The translations under genes and the position numbers were made by a program. Below, in pieces: positions 9,971 through 18,641 of a DNA stretch of 64,000 nt. The first letter of the stretch is position 1, and every line of letters starts with the position of its first letter. The stretch is taken from NCBI GenBank assembly GCA_964524645.1, contig CAZGEC010000002.1, forward strand, positions 93,076 to 157,075. The letters run 5' to 3'. Below the pieces are notes generated by a model. The model had not been told where the DNA came from, did no database searches, and saw nothing but the letters and a program-made list of their open reading frames with translations. Origin of the DNA: an uncultured Fibrobacteraceae bacterium (lineage in GTDB: Bacteria; Krumholzibacteriota; Krumholzibacteriia; LZORAL124-64-63).

Positions 9971-10699
9971 CTAGCGGTACATGTCCTTCACGCCGCCCCA
10001 GGTGCTTTCCTGGTTGGCGACCGTGGAACAGGCGTTGGTGGCGCCCGGCGTGGCGTAGGAGACGTAGTAGCCGTCTTCCACCGTGCAGCCCGAGCCGGTG
10101 GACTCGGTGCCGTTCAGGCAGATGATGTACCACTCGCCGCCGACCGCATCGCAGTCGTCGCAGCGGGCTCCGCCGGCGGGATCGTAGCTCCCGTCGGGGC
10201 CGACGCCAGTGATTCCATAGTAGGTCATGCAGTCGCCCGAATCAGGAATCCCGTAGCCGACGCCGTCCACCACGGTGCCGATCGAGAAGTCGGCCACGCA
10301 GTCGCCGTCGGCGTCGATGTCCGTGCCGATCGGGTAGAGGCCCGCGTCGAAGTCGGCCAGCAGCAGGATGTTGTTGCCGCCGTTCTCGATCCAGCCATCA
10401 GCCAGCTCCAGGTCGGGGTTGACGGCGGCATCGCCGACCACGAAGTAGCCCGTTGCGCCCACGGAGTAGCCGTTCAGGCTGATGATGTTGTCGATGAGAC
10501 CGGAGGAGGCGCCCTCGCCCTCGACCAGGACAATGGTCAGGCCGTCCAGGCTCTCGCCGGGATTGCCGCACAGCTCGATGAACTCGTGATCATCGCCGCT
10601 GATGTCGTTGGAGACCCACTCGTTGATGACCACGGCGTTGGCTGCTCCGGCGATGGCCAGGCAGGCCGCCATCAGGACGGTAAGCATAATCTTGCGCAT
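9971..10699 (-). CDS. Secreted protein with a lamin-tail-domain-like N-terminus and the shared C-terminal WGGVKDMYR tail
   Basis: Signal peptide MRKIMLTVLMAACLAIAGAANA. LTD-like motif VVINEW..ND.SG.D.EFIELCGNPGESLDG. Ends STWGGVKDMYR-COOH. Confidence 0.75.
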   Translation of the reverse strand: MRKIMLTVLMAACLAIAGAANAVVINEWVSNDISGDDHEFIELCGNPGESLDGLTIVLVEGEGASSGLIDNIISLNGYSVGATGYFVVGDAAVNPDLELADGWIENGGNNILLLADFDAGLYPIGTDIDADGDCVADFSIGTVVDGVGYGIPDSGDCMTYYGITGVGPDGSYDPAGGARCDDCDAVGGEWYIICLNGTESTGSGCTVEDGYYVSYATPGATNACSTVANQESTWGGVKDMYR

Positions 10700-11062
10700 G
10701 TCGCGTGACCCCCTTCAGGGTTGGTTCCAGGTCCTTGGCCCTTGACGGTAGCAGAAGTGACGAGCATCACCTCCTTGCCGGTTAGGACGTGGCAAACCGT
10801 CGAGCCGCCGCATCGACGGCTGCTTACATTATTTTTCTAGTGTTGTCATGATATCACAAAATCATCTGGATGTAAAGGCACTTCGGGGCCGAAGGGTGGA
10901 CAGCAACGCAGTCCATGGAACTTTATTTCTGACATAACCTAAAAAAGCCACGCGGGCCGGATCCGCGCCCTGGCCCGTTCGGAACCGAGGCCGGAGCGGG
11001 CCGCGCCCGGCCTCATTGCTCCGCCCGCTCCCGTGCATTACACTGCCAACGGAGGTGGAACG

Positions 11063-12319
11063 ATGTTCCGGCACCCCATGAGCCGCCGGCAGTTCCTGCA
11101 GGCGGCCGCCCGCACTGGGCTGACGGCGGGCGGAGCCGGTCTGCTGGTGGCCAGTCCCGAGGCTCTCGTCCGGCTGCTGGGGGAGGGCAGCGCCGAGGCC
11201 CTCGCCGCCACCGATCTGCAGGCCCTCATCCGGCAGGCCCCCGTCGCGCGCTACTGGGTCTCGACCCTCACCCCCGGTGTCGACTGCGCCAGCTGCCACG
11301 CCCCGGGCGAGGTCGATCCGCACGCCCCCTTCGATCACGGGGGCCAGGGGATCGTCCGCTGCCTGCTCTGCGCCCAGCGCTGCCTGATCGAACCGGGCGA
11401 GCGCGGCCGCTGCCGGGCCCGCATCAACGTGAACGGGGAGCTGCGCACCCTGGTCTACGGGCGGCCCATCACCATCCACGTGGATCCCATCGAGAAGAAG
11501 CCCTTCTACCACTTCCTGCCCGGCCAGCAGGCCTTCTCCCTGGCGACCTCCGGCTGCCCGCTCCGCTGCAAGTTCTGCCAGAACTGGGAGATCTCGCAGG
11601 CCCGGCCCGAGGACTACGAGAGCCGCATCGTGCCGCCCGCCGATCTCGTCGGTGCGGTGCGCGACCGCCACGCGCCGATCGTCGCCTTCACCTACAACGA
11701 GCCGACGGTCTTCACGGAGTACCTGACGGACATCGCGCGCCTGGCCCGGGCGCAGGGCGTGCATCCCGTGCTGGTCAGCTGCGGCTTCATGAACGAGGAG
11801 CCGCTGACCGAGATGTGCGAGGTGCTGGACGCGATCAAGATCGACTTGAAGGGCTATACCGAGACGTTCTACCAGGAGGTCTGCGGGGCGGCGCTGCAGC
11901 CCGTGCTCCGCAGCATCGCCCAGGTCTCCCGCAGCGGGACCCACCTGGAGCTGGTGAACCTGGTGGTGCCCACGCTCAACGACGCGGATGCCATGCTGAC
12001 CGAGCTGACCAAGTGGGTGGCGGGCGAGCTGGGGCCGGACGTCCCGGTGCACTTCACCCGCTTTCATCCCGACTACCAGCTCCAGAACCTGCCGCCGACG
12101 CCGGTGGCCACGCTCGAGCGCGCGCGGGCCATCGCCCTCGCGCAGGGTCTGCACTACCCCTACGTGGGCAACGTGCCGGGCCATCCCGGCAACAACACCT
12201 ACTGCCCGGGCTGCGGCCAGGTCGTGATCGAGCGGCAGGGCTTCTTCATCCGGCGCAACGACATCGTGAACGGCCACTGCCGCTGGTGTGGGCAGGCCAT
12301 CGCGGGCGTGTGGAGCTGA
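11063..12319 (+). CDS. amrS: AmmeMemoRadiSam system radical SAM enzyme (AmrS-like) with a twin-arginine (Tat) signal
   Basis: RBS GGAGGTGG precedes MFRHPMSRRQFLQAAARTGLTAGGAGLLVASPEA (SRRxFLQ Tat motif). CPLRCKFCQNWEIS is a CxxxCxxC motif. Confidence 0.85.
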   Translation: MFRHPMSRRQFLQAAARTGLTAGGAGLLVASPEALVRLLGEGSAEALAATDLQALIRQAPVARYWVSTLTPGVDCASCHAPGEVDPHAPFDHGGQGIVRCLLCAQRCLIEPGERGRCRARINVNGELRTLVYGRPITIHVDPIEKKPFYHFLPGQQAFSLATSGCPLRCKFCQNWEISQARPEDYESRIVPPADLVGAVRDRHAPIVAFTYNEPTVFTEYLTDIARLARAQGVHPVLVSCGFMNEEPLTEMCEVLDAIKIDLKGYTETFYQEVCGAALQPVLRSIAQVSRSGTHLELVNLVVPTLNDADAMLTELTKWVAGELGPDVPVHFTRFHPDYQLQNLPPTPVATLERARAIALAQGLHYPYVGNVPGHPGNNTYCPGCGQVVIERQGFFIRRNDIVNGHCRWCGQAIAGVWS

Positions 12320-12359
12320 CGCTCCCCGAGCGGGGCCGGCGCGCGAAGAGGAGGATGTC

Positions 12360-13904
12360 ATGAGGTCCAGGGCGGCCGCGGGCCTGCTGGTCCTGTCGCT
12401 GCTGGCGGTGGCGGGCGGTCTGTACCTGATTTCCGCCACGCCCACAGCGGGCCCGGGTCCGCGACCCATGGCCGTCGCGGGACGCTTCTATCCCGCCGAC
12501 GGAGGCCGGTTGCAGGCCGCCGTGGAAGCCTTTCTGGAGGACGCGGTCCCGCCGCGCCAGGAACGGCCGGTCGCGCTGGTGGCGCCCCACGCCGGTTACG
12601 TCTTCTCCGGCCAGATCGCGGCCGATGCCTTCCGGCAGGCCAGCGGCCACGATTACGACCTGGTGGTGATCCTCGGCACCAACCACACGCAGCCGCCCTT
12701 CCGCGGCGTCTCGTTCTACCCGGGCGATGGCTACCTGACGCCCCTCGGCCTGGCTCCCATCGACCGCGAGGCGACCCGGGCCCTGGTGGCCGCCGATCCC
12801 GACTTCGGCTTCCGGCCGGAAGTGCACCGCGAGGAGCACTCGGTGGAGGTCCAGGTCCCCTTCGTGCAGGTCGCCCTGCCGGGGGTGAAGATCGTGGCGG
12901 CGGTGGTGGGGGACTCCGATCCCGACTTGTGCGGCCGTCTCGGGCGCGCGCTGGCCCGGGTGCTCGCCGGCCGCCGGCCGCTGATCGTGGCCAGCAGCGA
13001 CCTGAGCCACTACCCCGGGTACGAGGGATCCATGGCCGCGGATCGCGTGACGCTGACCGCCGTGGCCGCGGGCGATCCCGCCGAGCTGCCCGGGACGCTG
13101 GCGCGGGAGATGCGCAAGGGAATCTCCGGGCTGGCCACCTGCGCGTGCGGGGAGGGGCCGATCCTGGCCGCCATGACGGCGGCCCGCGAGCTGGGTGCAC
13201 GTTACGGCCGCATCGTCAGCCATGCCAACTCGGGCGATTCGGCCGTCGGGGACCCGGAGCGCGTGGTGGGCTACGGCGCCGTGGTCTTCGCGCCCGGTCC
13301 GACCTGGAGCGATACCATGGCGCTGCGTCTTCCTGTGCCGGCCGCGGCGGACGTGCCCCTGGGCGATGCGGACAAGCGCACGCTGCTGCGCCTGGCCCGC
13401 GAGACCATCCGGCGCTACCTCGCCACCGAGACCGTGCCCCTGGCCCGGGACCTCTCGCCGGTCCTCTGCCGGCGGCAGGGGGCCTTCGTGACGCTCGAGA
13501 AGCACGGCCAGCTCCGCGGCTGCATCGGCCACATGGCCGAGGACCGCCAGCTGGCCCAGGTGGTCGGCGCCATGGCCCTGCAGGCCGCCCTCAACGATCG
13601 GCGCTTTCCGGCCCTACAGCCGTCCGAGCTGTCCCAGTGCGAGATCGAGATCTCGGTCCTCACTCCGTTCCGGCCCGTCTCCGGTCCCGGGGCGATCACG
13701 ATCGGACGGGACGGCGTGCTGCTGCGCAAGGGGGGGCGCTCGGCGGTCTTCCTGCCCCAGGTGGCGCCCGAGCAGGGCTGGGACCGCGAGCAGATGCTGG
13801 ACCAGCTCTGCCGCAAGGCCGGCCTGCCGGCCGGGAGCTGGCGCGAGGGTGCCCAGCTCTTTACCTTCCAGGCGGAGGTCTTCGGCGAGTCGGACCTCCA
13901 CTGA
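12360..13904 (+). CDS. AmrB (Memo-like) - AmrA (AMMECR1) fusion protein with an N-terminal signal/anchor
   Basis: N-terminal half AGRFYPADG...APHAGY is Memo family. C-terminal half GAFVTLEKHGQLRGCIGHM is the AMMECR1 core. The N-terminus MRSRAAAGLLVLSLLAVAGGLYLI is hydrophobic. RBS GAGGAGGA. Confidence 0.85.
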   Translation: MRSRAAAGLLVLSLLAVAGGLYLISATPTAGPGPRPMAVAGRFYPADGGRLQAAVEAFLEDAVPPRQERPVALVAPHAGYVFSGQIAADAFRQASGHDYDLVVILGTNHTQPPFRGVSFYPGDGYLTPLGLAPIDREATRALVAADPDFGFRPEVHREEHSVEVQVPFVQVALPGVKIVAAVVGDSDPDLCGRLGRALARVLAGRRPLIVASSDLSHYPGYEGSMAADRVTLTAVAAGDPAELPGTLAREMRKGISGLATCACGEGPILAAMTAARELGARYGRIVSHANSGDSAVGDPERVVGYGAVVFAPGPTWSDTMALRLPVPAAADVPLGDADKRTLLRLARETIRRYLATETVPLARDLSPVLCRRQGAFVTLEKHGQLRGCIGHMAEDRQLAQVVGAMALQAALNDRRFPALQPSELSQCEIEISVLTPFRPVSGPGAITIGRDGVLLRKGGRSAVFLPQVAPEQGWDREQMLDQLCRKAGLPAGSWREGAQLFTFQAEVFGESDLH

Positions 13905-13922
13905 TCTCGATGGACCTCGTGC

Positions 13923-16115
13923 ATGACGTTCTGGCTGCTGGCCGTCGGTTTTCTCTCCCTGCTGGCGCAGGTCGTCCTGCTGCGCGAGCTGAACGTCGCC
14001 TTCTACGGTAGCGAGCTGATCTACATCCTGGCCCTGGGGGGCTGGCTGCTCGGAACAGCCACGGGAGCCCTGCTCGGCCGCAGGCCCCTGCGGCCCACGC
14101 CGGCCCGGGTGCGCCGTCTCCTGCTGGTCCTGGCCGTGGTCTTCCCGCTCACGCTGGCGGAGGTGCGCGGGGCCCGCCTGCTCTGGGGCGCCGTGCCGGG
14201 TGCCTACCTGCCCTTTCCCCGCCAGATCGCGGCGCTGCTGGTGGCCTTGCTGCCGGTGGGGGCGTTGCTGGGACAGCTCTTCCGGCTGGCCGCGGGTCTG
14301 GCCGCGCAGCGGGGCCGCACGCTGGCCTGGGCCTACGCCGTCGAGAGCGCCGGGGGCCTGGCCGGCGGTGTGCTCGCAACCTTGCTGCTGGAGTGGTCCG
14401 TCCCGAACCTGACCGCGGGTCTGCTGTGCGGCCTGTTGGCCGCCGGCGCGGTCTTCTGGCCCTGGCGCGGCCGTTCCCGCGGCCTGACCGGAGGGGCCGC
14501 CGCCGTCGCGCTGCTCCTGCTCGCCGCCCTCGCGGCCGGTCGCGGGCTGGATCGCCGGCTCACGACCTGGGATCATCCCCACCTGGCGGCGACGCGGGAC
14601 ACGCCCTACGGCCGCGTGACGGTCACCGACCGCGACGGGCAGCTCTCGGTCTTCGTGAACGACGCCCTCGCCTTCGAGAACGAGGGCACGGCCGCGGAGG
14701 AGTACGCCCAGCTGGCGGCCCTGCAGTGTGCCGAGCCGGAGTCGCTGCTGGTGCTCGGCGGCGGCGTGGAGGGCCTGGTGGGCGAGTTGCTCCAGCACCG
14801 GCCCGCGGCGCTGGATTACGTGGAGCTGAACCGCGACCTGCTGGACCTGGTGCGGTCCCGCCTGCCGCCCGCGGTGGAGGCCGATCTGGCGGCTCCGGCC
14901 GTGCGCGTGACCGTGGCCGAGCCGCGGCGCTTCCTGGCCCGGGCGGGCCGCTACGACCTGATCCTGATCGGCATGCCGGAGCCGGATTCGGGCCAGGCGA
15001 ACCGCTTCTACACGCGGGAGTTCTTCCAGATTTGCGCGGCGCATCTGCGGCCGGGCGGCGTGCTGGCCCTGCGCCTGCGGGCGGCCGAGAATCTGTGGTC
15101 GCCCCAGCTCGTGCGCCGGACGGCCAGCATCGCGCGCGCCCTGCGCGAGGTCTTCCCCGATCTGGTCGCCCTGCCCGGGACCACCGTGATCCTGCTGGCC
15201 TCGCCGGCTCCCCTGCCTCGCGATCCCGGGATCCTGGCGCGGCGCTGGGAGGATCGCGGGATCGTGACGCGTCTCGTCTCGCCCGCCTACATCCGCTACC
15301 TGTACACGAACGACCGCTTCGCCGAGGTGGCGGGATTGCTGCAGGAGTCCCGCGCTCCGGTCAACCTCGACCTGCGGCCCGTCTGCTACCAGTCCACGCT
15401 CCTGCTCTGGCTGGCCAGGTTCTTTCCCGCGCTCGCGCTCCTGGACTGGCCCGCCCGGATCTCCGCCTGGCCCTGGCGCGCCCCGGTCCTCTGGCTGGGG
15501 GCGCTGCTGCTCCTGGGCCTGCTGCTGCTGGCGCGGCGCGGCGAGGGATCCCGGCGCGCCGCCCGGGTGGGCATCGCGGGCGGGGTGGGCATGGTTCTCG
15601 AGACGGTGCTCATCCTGGCCTACCAGGTGCGCAGCGGCATTCTCTTCCAGGATCTGGGGCTGCTATTGACCGCCTTCATGGGCGGCCTGGCGCTGGGCGC
15701 GTTGCTGCTCGAGAGGTGGGGGCAGCGGCGACGGCAGGTCCTGGACATCACCGCCGGTCCGCCGGCCGGGGCGGTGCCGATCCCCGGCTGGCTGGGAGCC
15801 CTGTGCCTGGGCGGTCTGGCCCTGCTGGGCGCGGGCACGGCCGGGCTGGTGGCCGCCGGCCTCGCCGGCCGCCTGCTCGTCGCGGCCCTGCTGCTCCTGC
15901 TGGCCGGCACGGGAGTGGCCGCCGTCTTCGCGCAGGCCAGCCTGGCCAGCGGTCGCGACCAGGCGGCCGCCATCGCCCCCCTCTACGCCGCCGATCTGGC
16001 GGGAGGCTGTCTGGGCTCGCTCCTGGCCAGTCTCCTGCTCGTGCCGCTGGCGGGCCTGGGCGGCACGGCCCTGCTGGCCGTGCTGATCACCCTCCTGGGA
16101 CTGCTGCTGGTCTGA
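13923..16115 (+). CDS. Polytopic membrane protein with an embedded spermidine synthase-like (aminopropyltransferase-fold) domain
   Basis: Many TM helices flank LVLGGGVEGLVGEL...YDLILIGMPEPDS..FYTREFF, which is a SpeE-like Rossmann fold. Confidence 0.8.
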   Translation: MTFWLLAVGFLSLLAQVVLLRELNVAFYGSELIYILALGGWLLGTATGALLGRRPLRPTPARVRRLLLVLAVVFPLTLAEVRGARLLWGAVPGAYLPFPRQIAALLVALLPVGALLGQLFRLAAGLAAQRGRTLAWAYAVESAGGLAGGVLATLLLEWSVPNLTAGLLCGLLAAGAVFWPWRGRSRGLTGGAAAVALLLLAALAAGRGLDRRLTTWDHPHLAATRDTPYGRVTVTDRDGQLSVFVNDALAFENEGTAAEEYAQLAALQCAEPESLLVLGGGVEGLVGELLQHRPAALDYVELNRDLLDLVRSRLPPAVEADLAAPAVRVTVAEPRRFLARAGRYDLILIGMPEPDSGQANRFYTREFFQICAAHLRPGGVLALRLRAAENLWSPQLVRRTASIARALREVFPDLVALPGTTVILLASPAPLPRDPGILARRWEDRGIVTRLVSPAYIRYLYTNDRFAEVAGLLQESRAPVNLDLRPVCYQSTLLLWLARFFPALALLDWPARISAWPWRAPVLWLGALLLLGLLLLARRGEGSRRAARVGIAGGVGMVLETVLILAYQVRSGILFQDLGLLLTAFMGGLALGALLLERWGQRRRQVLDITAGPPAGAVPIPGWLGALCLGGLALLGAGTAGLVAAGLAGRLLVAALLLLLAGTGVAAVFAQASLASGRDQAAAIAPLYAADLAGGCLGSLLASLLLVPLAGLGGTALLAVLITLLGLLLV

Positions 16116-16118
16116 GCC

Positions 16119-16148
16119 AAAAAAGCGGGAGCCGCTCTCGCGGCTCCC
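16119..16148 (-). terminator. Rho-independent terminator for the PDZ gene, lying between convergent genes
   Basis: GGGAGCCG-ctctcg-CGGCTCCC, followed on the minus strand by TTTTTT. Confidence 0.5.
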
Positions 16149-16172
16149 GAGGCGCCGGATCGGGGGGTGTGA

Positions 16173-17222
16173 TCAGCGCCCTTTCTTCTCCTGCTGCAGC
16201 TGCTCCTTCAGCTGCTGCATTTCCTTCTGGAGCGCCTTCATCTCGGCCCGCAGCTCCTCCATGCTCTTGTCCGACTCCTCGCCGTACCAGCGATGGATCT
16301 GGGGCATGCGGCCCTCCATGCGCGGCAAGGCACGGTGCAGCCGCTGCATGTCGGGCATCATTCTCTCGAAGTTCTCCCCGCCGACCCAGCCCAGCGCGCC
16401 GCTGGTCTCGCCGAGTTTCACCTCAAAGGTCTTGTCCTTGCCCTTGCGCAGGACGGTGACGGCCACCTCGTCGCCCGGGTCCTTGTCGCGCAGGTAGGAG
16501 GTCACGTCGGCCACGTCGTCGATCTTCTCGTCGTCGATCTGCAGGATGACGTCACCCGCCTGCAGTCCGGCCTCGGCGGCCGGCGTATCCGCGTTGACCT
16601 CCTCGATCAGGGCGCCCTCGCCGTCCTCCACCCCGAAGTAGTCGCCGAGCTGGACCGTGAGATCGCGCAGGCTCACGCCCAGGTAGCCATGCTCGCGGCC
16701 CAGGTTGTGGTAGAAGTACCTTTGGCCTTCGTCGTCGCCCGGGCGGAGGATTTCGATGCGCTTGCCGCCGTCGTCGTTCCAGACCATGACGTCGGTCTTG
16801 CGCTCGCCGAGGGTGACCTCGAGGTCCTTGGACTTTCCGTCGCGGATGATGCCGATCTTCACCTCGTCGCCCGGTTCCTGCTTGCGCACCAGGCGAACCA
16901 GCTCGCCCGTGTCCTCGACCTTCTGGCCGGCGAAGGAGACGATCACGTCTCCCTCCTCGAGGCCGGCCTTCGCGGCCGGCGAGTCCTTGCTCACGCTGTT
17001 GACCAGCACGCCGCCGTTCTCGATGTCGAGAGCCTTGGCCATGCTGTCGTTCAGCTCCTGCATGCTGATGCCGAGCCAGCCCTGGCCGGTGGCCGACTCG
17101 GTGATCTTGGCGGGCTTGTCCGGCTTCTCGGTCCTGGCGAGGGCGCTGCCGGCGGTCAGCAGGCCGACCAGGAGGGCCAGCAGGGCCAGAGCCGTGATCT
17201 GGGGTATCAGGGGCCGTTTCAT
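16173..17222 (-). CDS. Periplasmic tandem-PDZ protein (DegP/DegQ-type PDZ pair with no protease domain) and a C-terminal coiled coil
   Basis: Signal peptide. Two PDZ domains (GWLGISMQELN...GVLV...PAAKAGL..GDVI.., then a second copy). No His/Asp/Ser trypsin-type domain. Confidence 0.8.
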   Translation of the reverse strand: MKRPLIPQITALALLALLVGLLTAGSALARTEKPDKPAKITESATGQGWLGISMQELNDSMAKALDIENGGVLVNSVSKDSPAAKAGLEEGDVIVSFAGQKVEDTGELVRLVRKQEPGDEVKIGIIRDGKSKDLEVTLGERKTDVMVWNDDGGKRIEILRPGDDEGQRYFYHNLGREHGYLGVSLRDLTVQLGDYFGVEDGEGALIEEVNADTPAAEAGLQAGDVILQIDDEKIDDVADVTSYLRDKDPGDEVAVTVLRKGKDKTFEVKLGETSGALGWVGGENFERMMPDMQRLHRALPRMEGRMPQIHRWYGEESDKSMEELRAEMKALQKEMQQLKEQLQQEKKGR

Positions 17223-17336
17223 GAGCGATCCTTTCCCGGGGGATGGAGCCTGGAGCCTGTCGGAGAATGCCGGGGAAACACGCGACCCGCCGGGCAGGTT
17301 CCCGCGGGCTGGCCGCAGCGGGGGGGCAGGGCGTCC

Positions 17337-18641
17337 TCAGGGCCGCCCGCGCCGGAACATGCCCCAGCCGCGCCAGGCCCCCGCGGCGAGCAGCAGGTAG
17401 AAGGGCAGGTATTGGGACCAGCGGGCCCAGACCGCCAGGTGCCAGACGCCGGTGGCGTGGTAGCCGATCATCATCTCCTCGGCCAGCGGGGCAAGGATGC
17501 CCAGGGCGAGGAGGGCCGGGTCCGGACGCAGAGCCAGCAGCGGGTACATCCCGATCAGGTACCAGGGGAAGAGGGTGGGGGTGAAGATGACGAAGGCAGC
17601 CTGGGCCAGCAGCATCCGCGACAGCAAGTCGCGTCCGCGCCAGGCCCCCAGGAGGATCGCGAGGGCGGCCGCGGCCGCGGCGACCAGGTGCGCCGCGTGG
17701 CGCGGCAGCAGGGTCTCGAACCAGGCGCCCAGGCTGCCGTCGAAGGACCACTCGGTGGCCATCAGCCAGGTGGAGCTGAACAGCTTCCAGCCCGCCCTCG
17801 CGAAGGGTAGGTAGCAGAGCAGTCCCACGCCCAGGCCGGCCAGGGCCAGGCGCAGGCCGCCGCGGCGGCCCAGCTCGCGCAGCGCTGCGGGCACGAAGAT
17901 CAGCGGCAGCGGCTTCACCAGGCAGGCCAGGGCGAGGGCCACACCCGCGCGCGCGCCCTGGCCGCGGGCCGTCGCGAGCAGGAACCAGGTCACCAGCGGC
18001 AGGCTCAGGACGTCCAGGTGGCCGGGCAGGTAGCCCTCGTAGACGATCAGCGGCGCCCAGGCGATCAGCAGGATCCGGGAGGTGGGAGCGGCCCGGCGGC
18101 GCAGCTCTCCCAGCAGCAGCAGCCAGGTGATCAGCTCGGCGGCCAGTCCCAGCAGCTGCAGGCCGGTCAGGCGGCCCGGGCTGAGCAGGTAGCCCACCGC
18201 GAACAGCAGCTCCGCCAGGGGCGGATAGCAGGTGCGGTTCCAGGGATGGTTGATGCGCGCATCGAGTACGTGGATGGGCAGATGGGCCACTGCCGGCTCG
18301 TCGGGCGCGTGCAGGTAGGGATTGCCGCCGTGGGCCAGGACCTTGCCGTCCCAGTGGTAGCGGGCGGCGTCGTCGCTCAGCTCGTGGTGGGCTGGCAGCA
18401 GGGCCAGGCGCACGGCCACGGCCAGCAGCAGCGCCAGGGCCAGCCAGCCCCGCCCCGGCCGCTCCCGGCGCCAGGCGAGCGCCGCCAGCACGACGAGTGG
18501 GCCGGCGGCGACCGCACCGGCGATCACCCCGACGACCCAGGGGCCGCACGGGCCCCGGCCCAGCCCGGCCCGGAGCGCGCCGGCGAGCAGGACGGCCGCC
18601 GCCGCCGCCAGCGCGGCCCAGCGTGCCCGCGGGCCGGTCAT
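17337..18641 (-). CDS. DUF2029 / GT87-like (GT-C fold) integral membrane glycosyltransferase-like protein
   Basis: About ten TM helices with the PMT/GT-C style pattern. Start MTGPRARW overlaps the upstream GT2 stop (ATGA). Confidence 0.7.
   Translation of the reverse strand: MTGPRARWAALAAAAAVLLAGALRAGLGRGPCGPWVVGVIAGAVAAGPLVVLAALAWRRERPGRGWLALALLLAVAVRLALLPAHHELSDDAARYHWDGKVLAHGGNPYLHAPDEPAVAHLPIHVLDARINHPWNRTCYPPLAELLFAVGYLLSPGRLTGLQLLGLAAELITWLLLLGELRRRAAPTSRILLIAWAPLIVYEGYLPGHLDVLSLPLVTWFLLATARGQGARAGVALALACLVKPLPLIFVPAALRELGRRGGLRLALAGLGVGLLCYLPFARAGWKLFSSTWLMATEWSFDGSLGAWFETLLPRHAAHLVAAAAAALAILLGAWRGRDLLSRMLLAQAAFVIFTPTLFPWYLIGMYPLLALRPDPALLALGILAPLAEEMMIGYHATGVWHLAVWARWSQYLPFYLLLAAGAWRGWGMFRRGRP

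Noticed and set aside
10870-10905. CTTCGGGGCCGAAG hairpin in the AT-richer divergent intergenic region between the LTD gene and amrS
   Set aside because: This is a short isolated stem-loop. There is not enough conserved structure to call a riboswitch or sRNA, and it may simply be promoter-region secondary structure.
10862-12469. 535-aa minus-strand ORF covering the AmrS region
   Set aside because: Antisense to a strongly supported radical SAM gene. The product is Arg/Pro/Gly/Ala-rich and low-complexity, as expected for GC-rich non-coding frames.
13614-16459. Long ORFs 13614..15044(-) and 14393..16459(+), 476-688 aa, rich in Arg and Pro
   Set aside because: They overlap the well-supported spermidine-synthase-like membrane gene on the other strand or frame. 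Composition is typical of high-GC shadow ORFs, and no motif was recognised.
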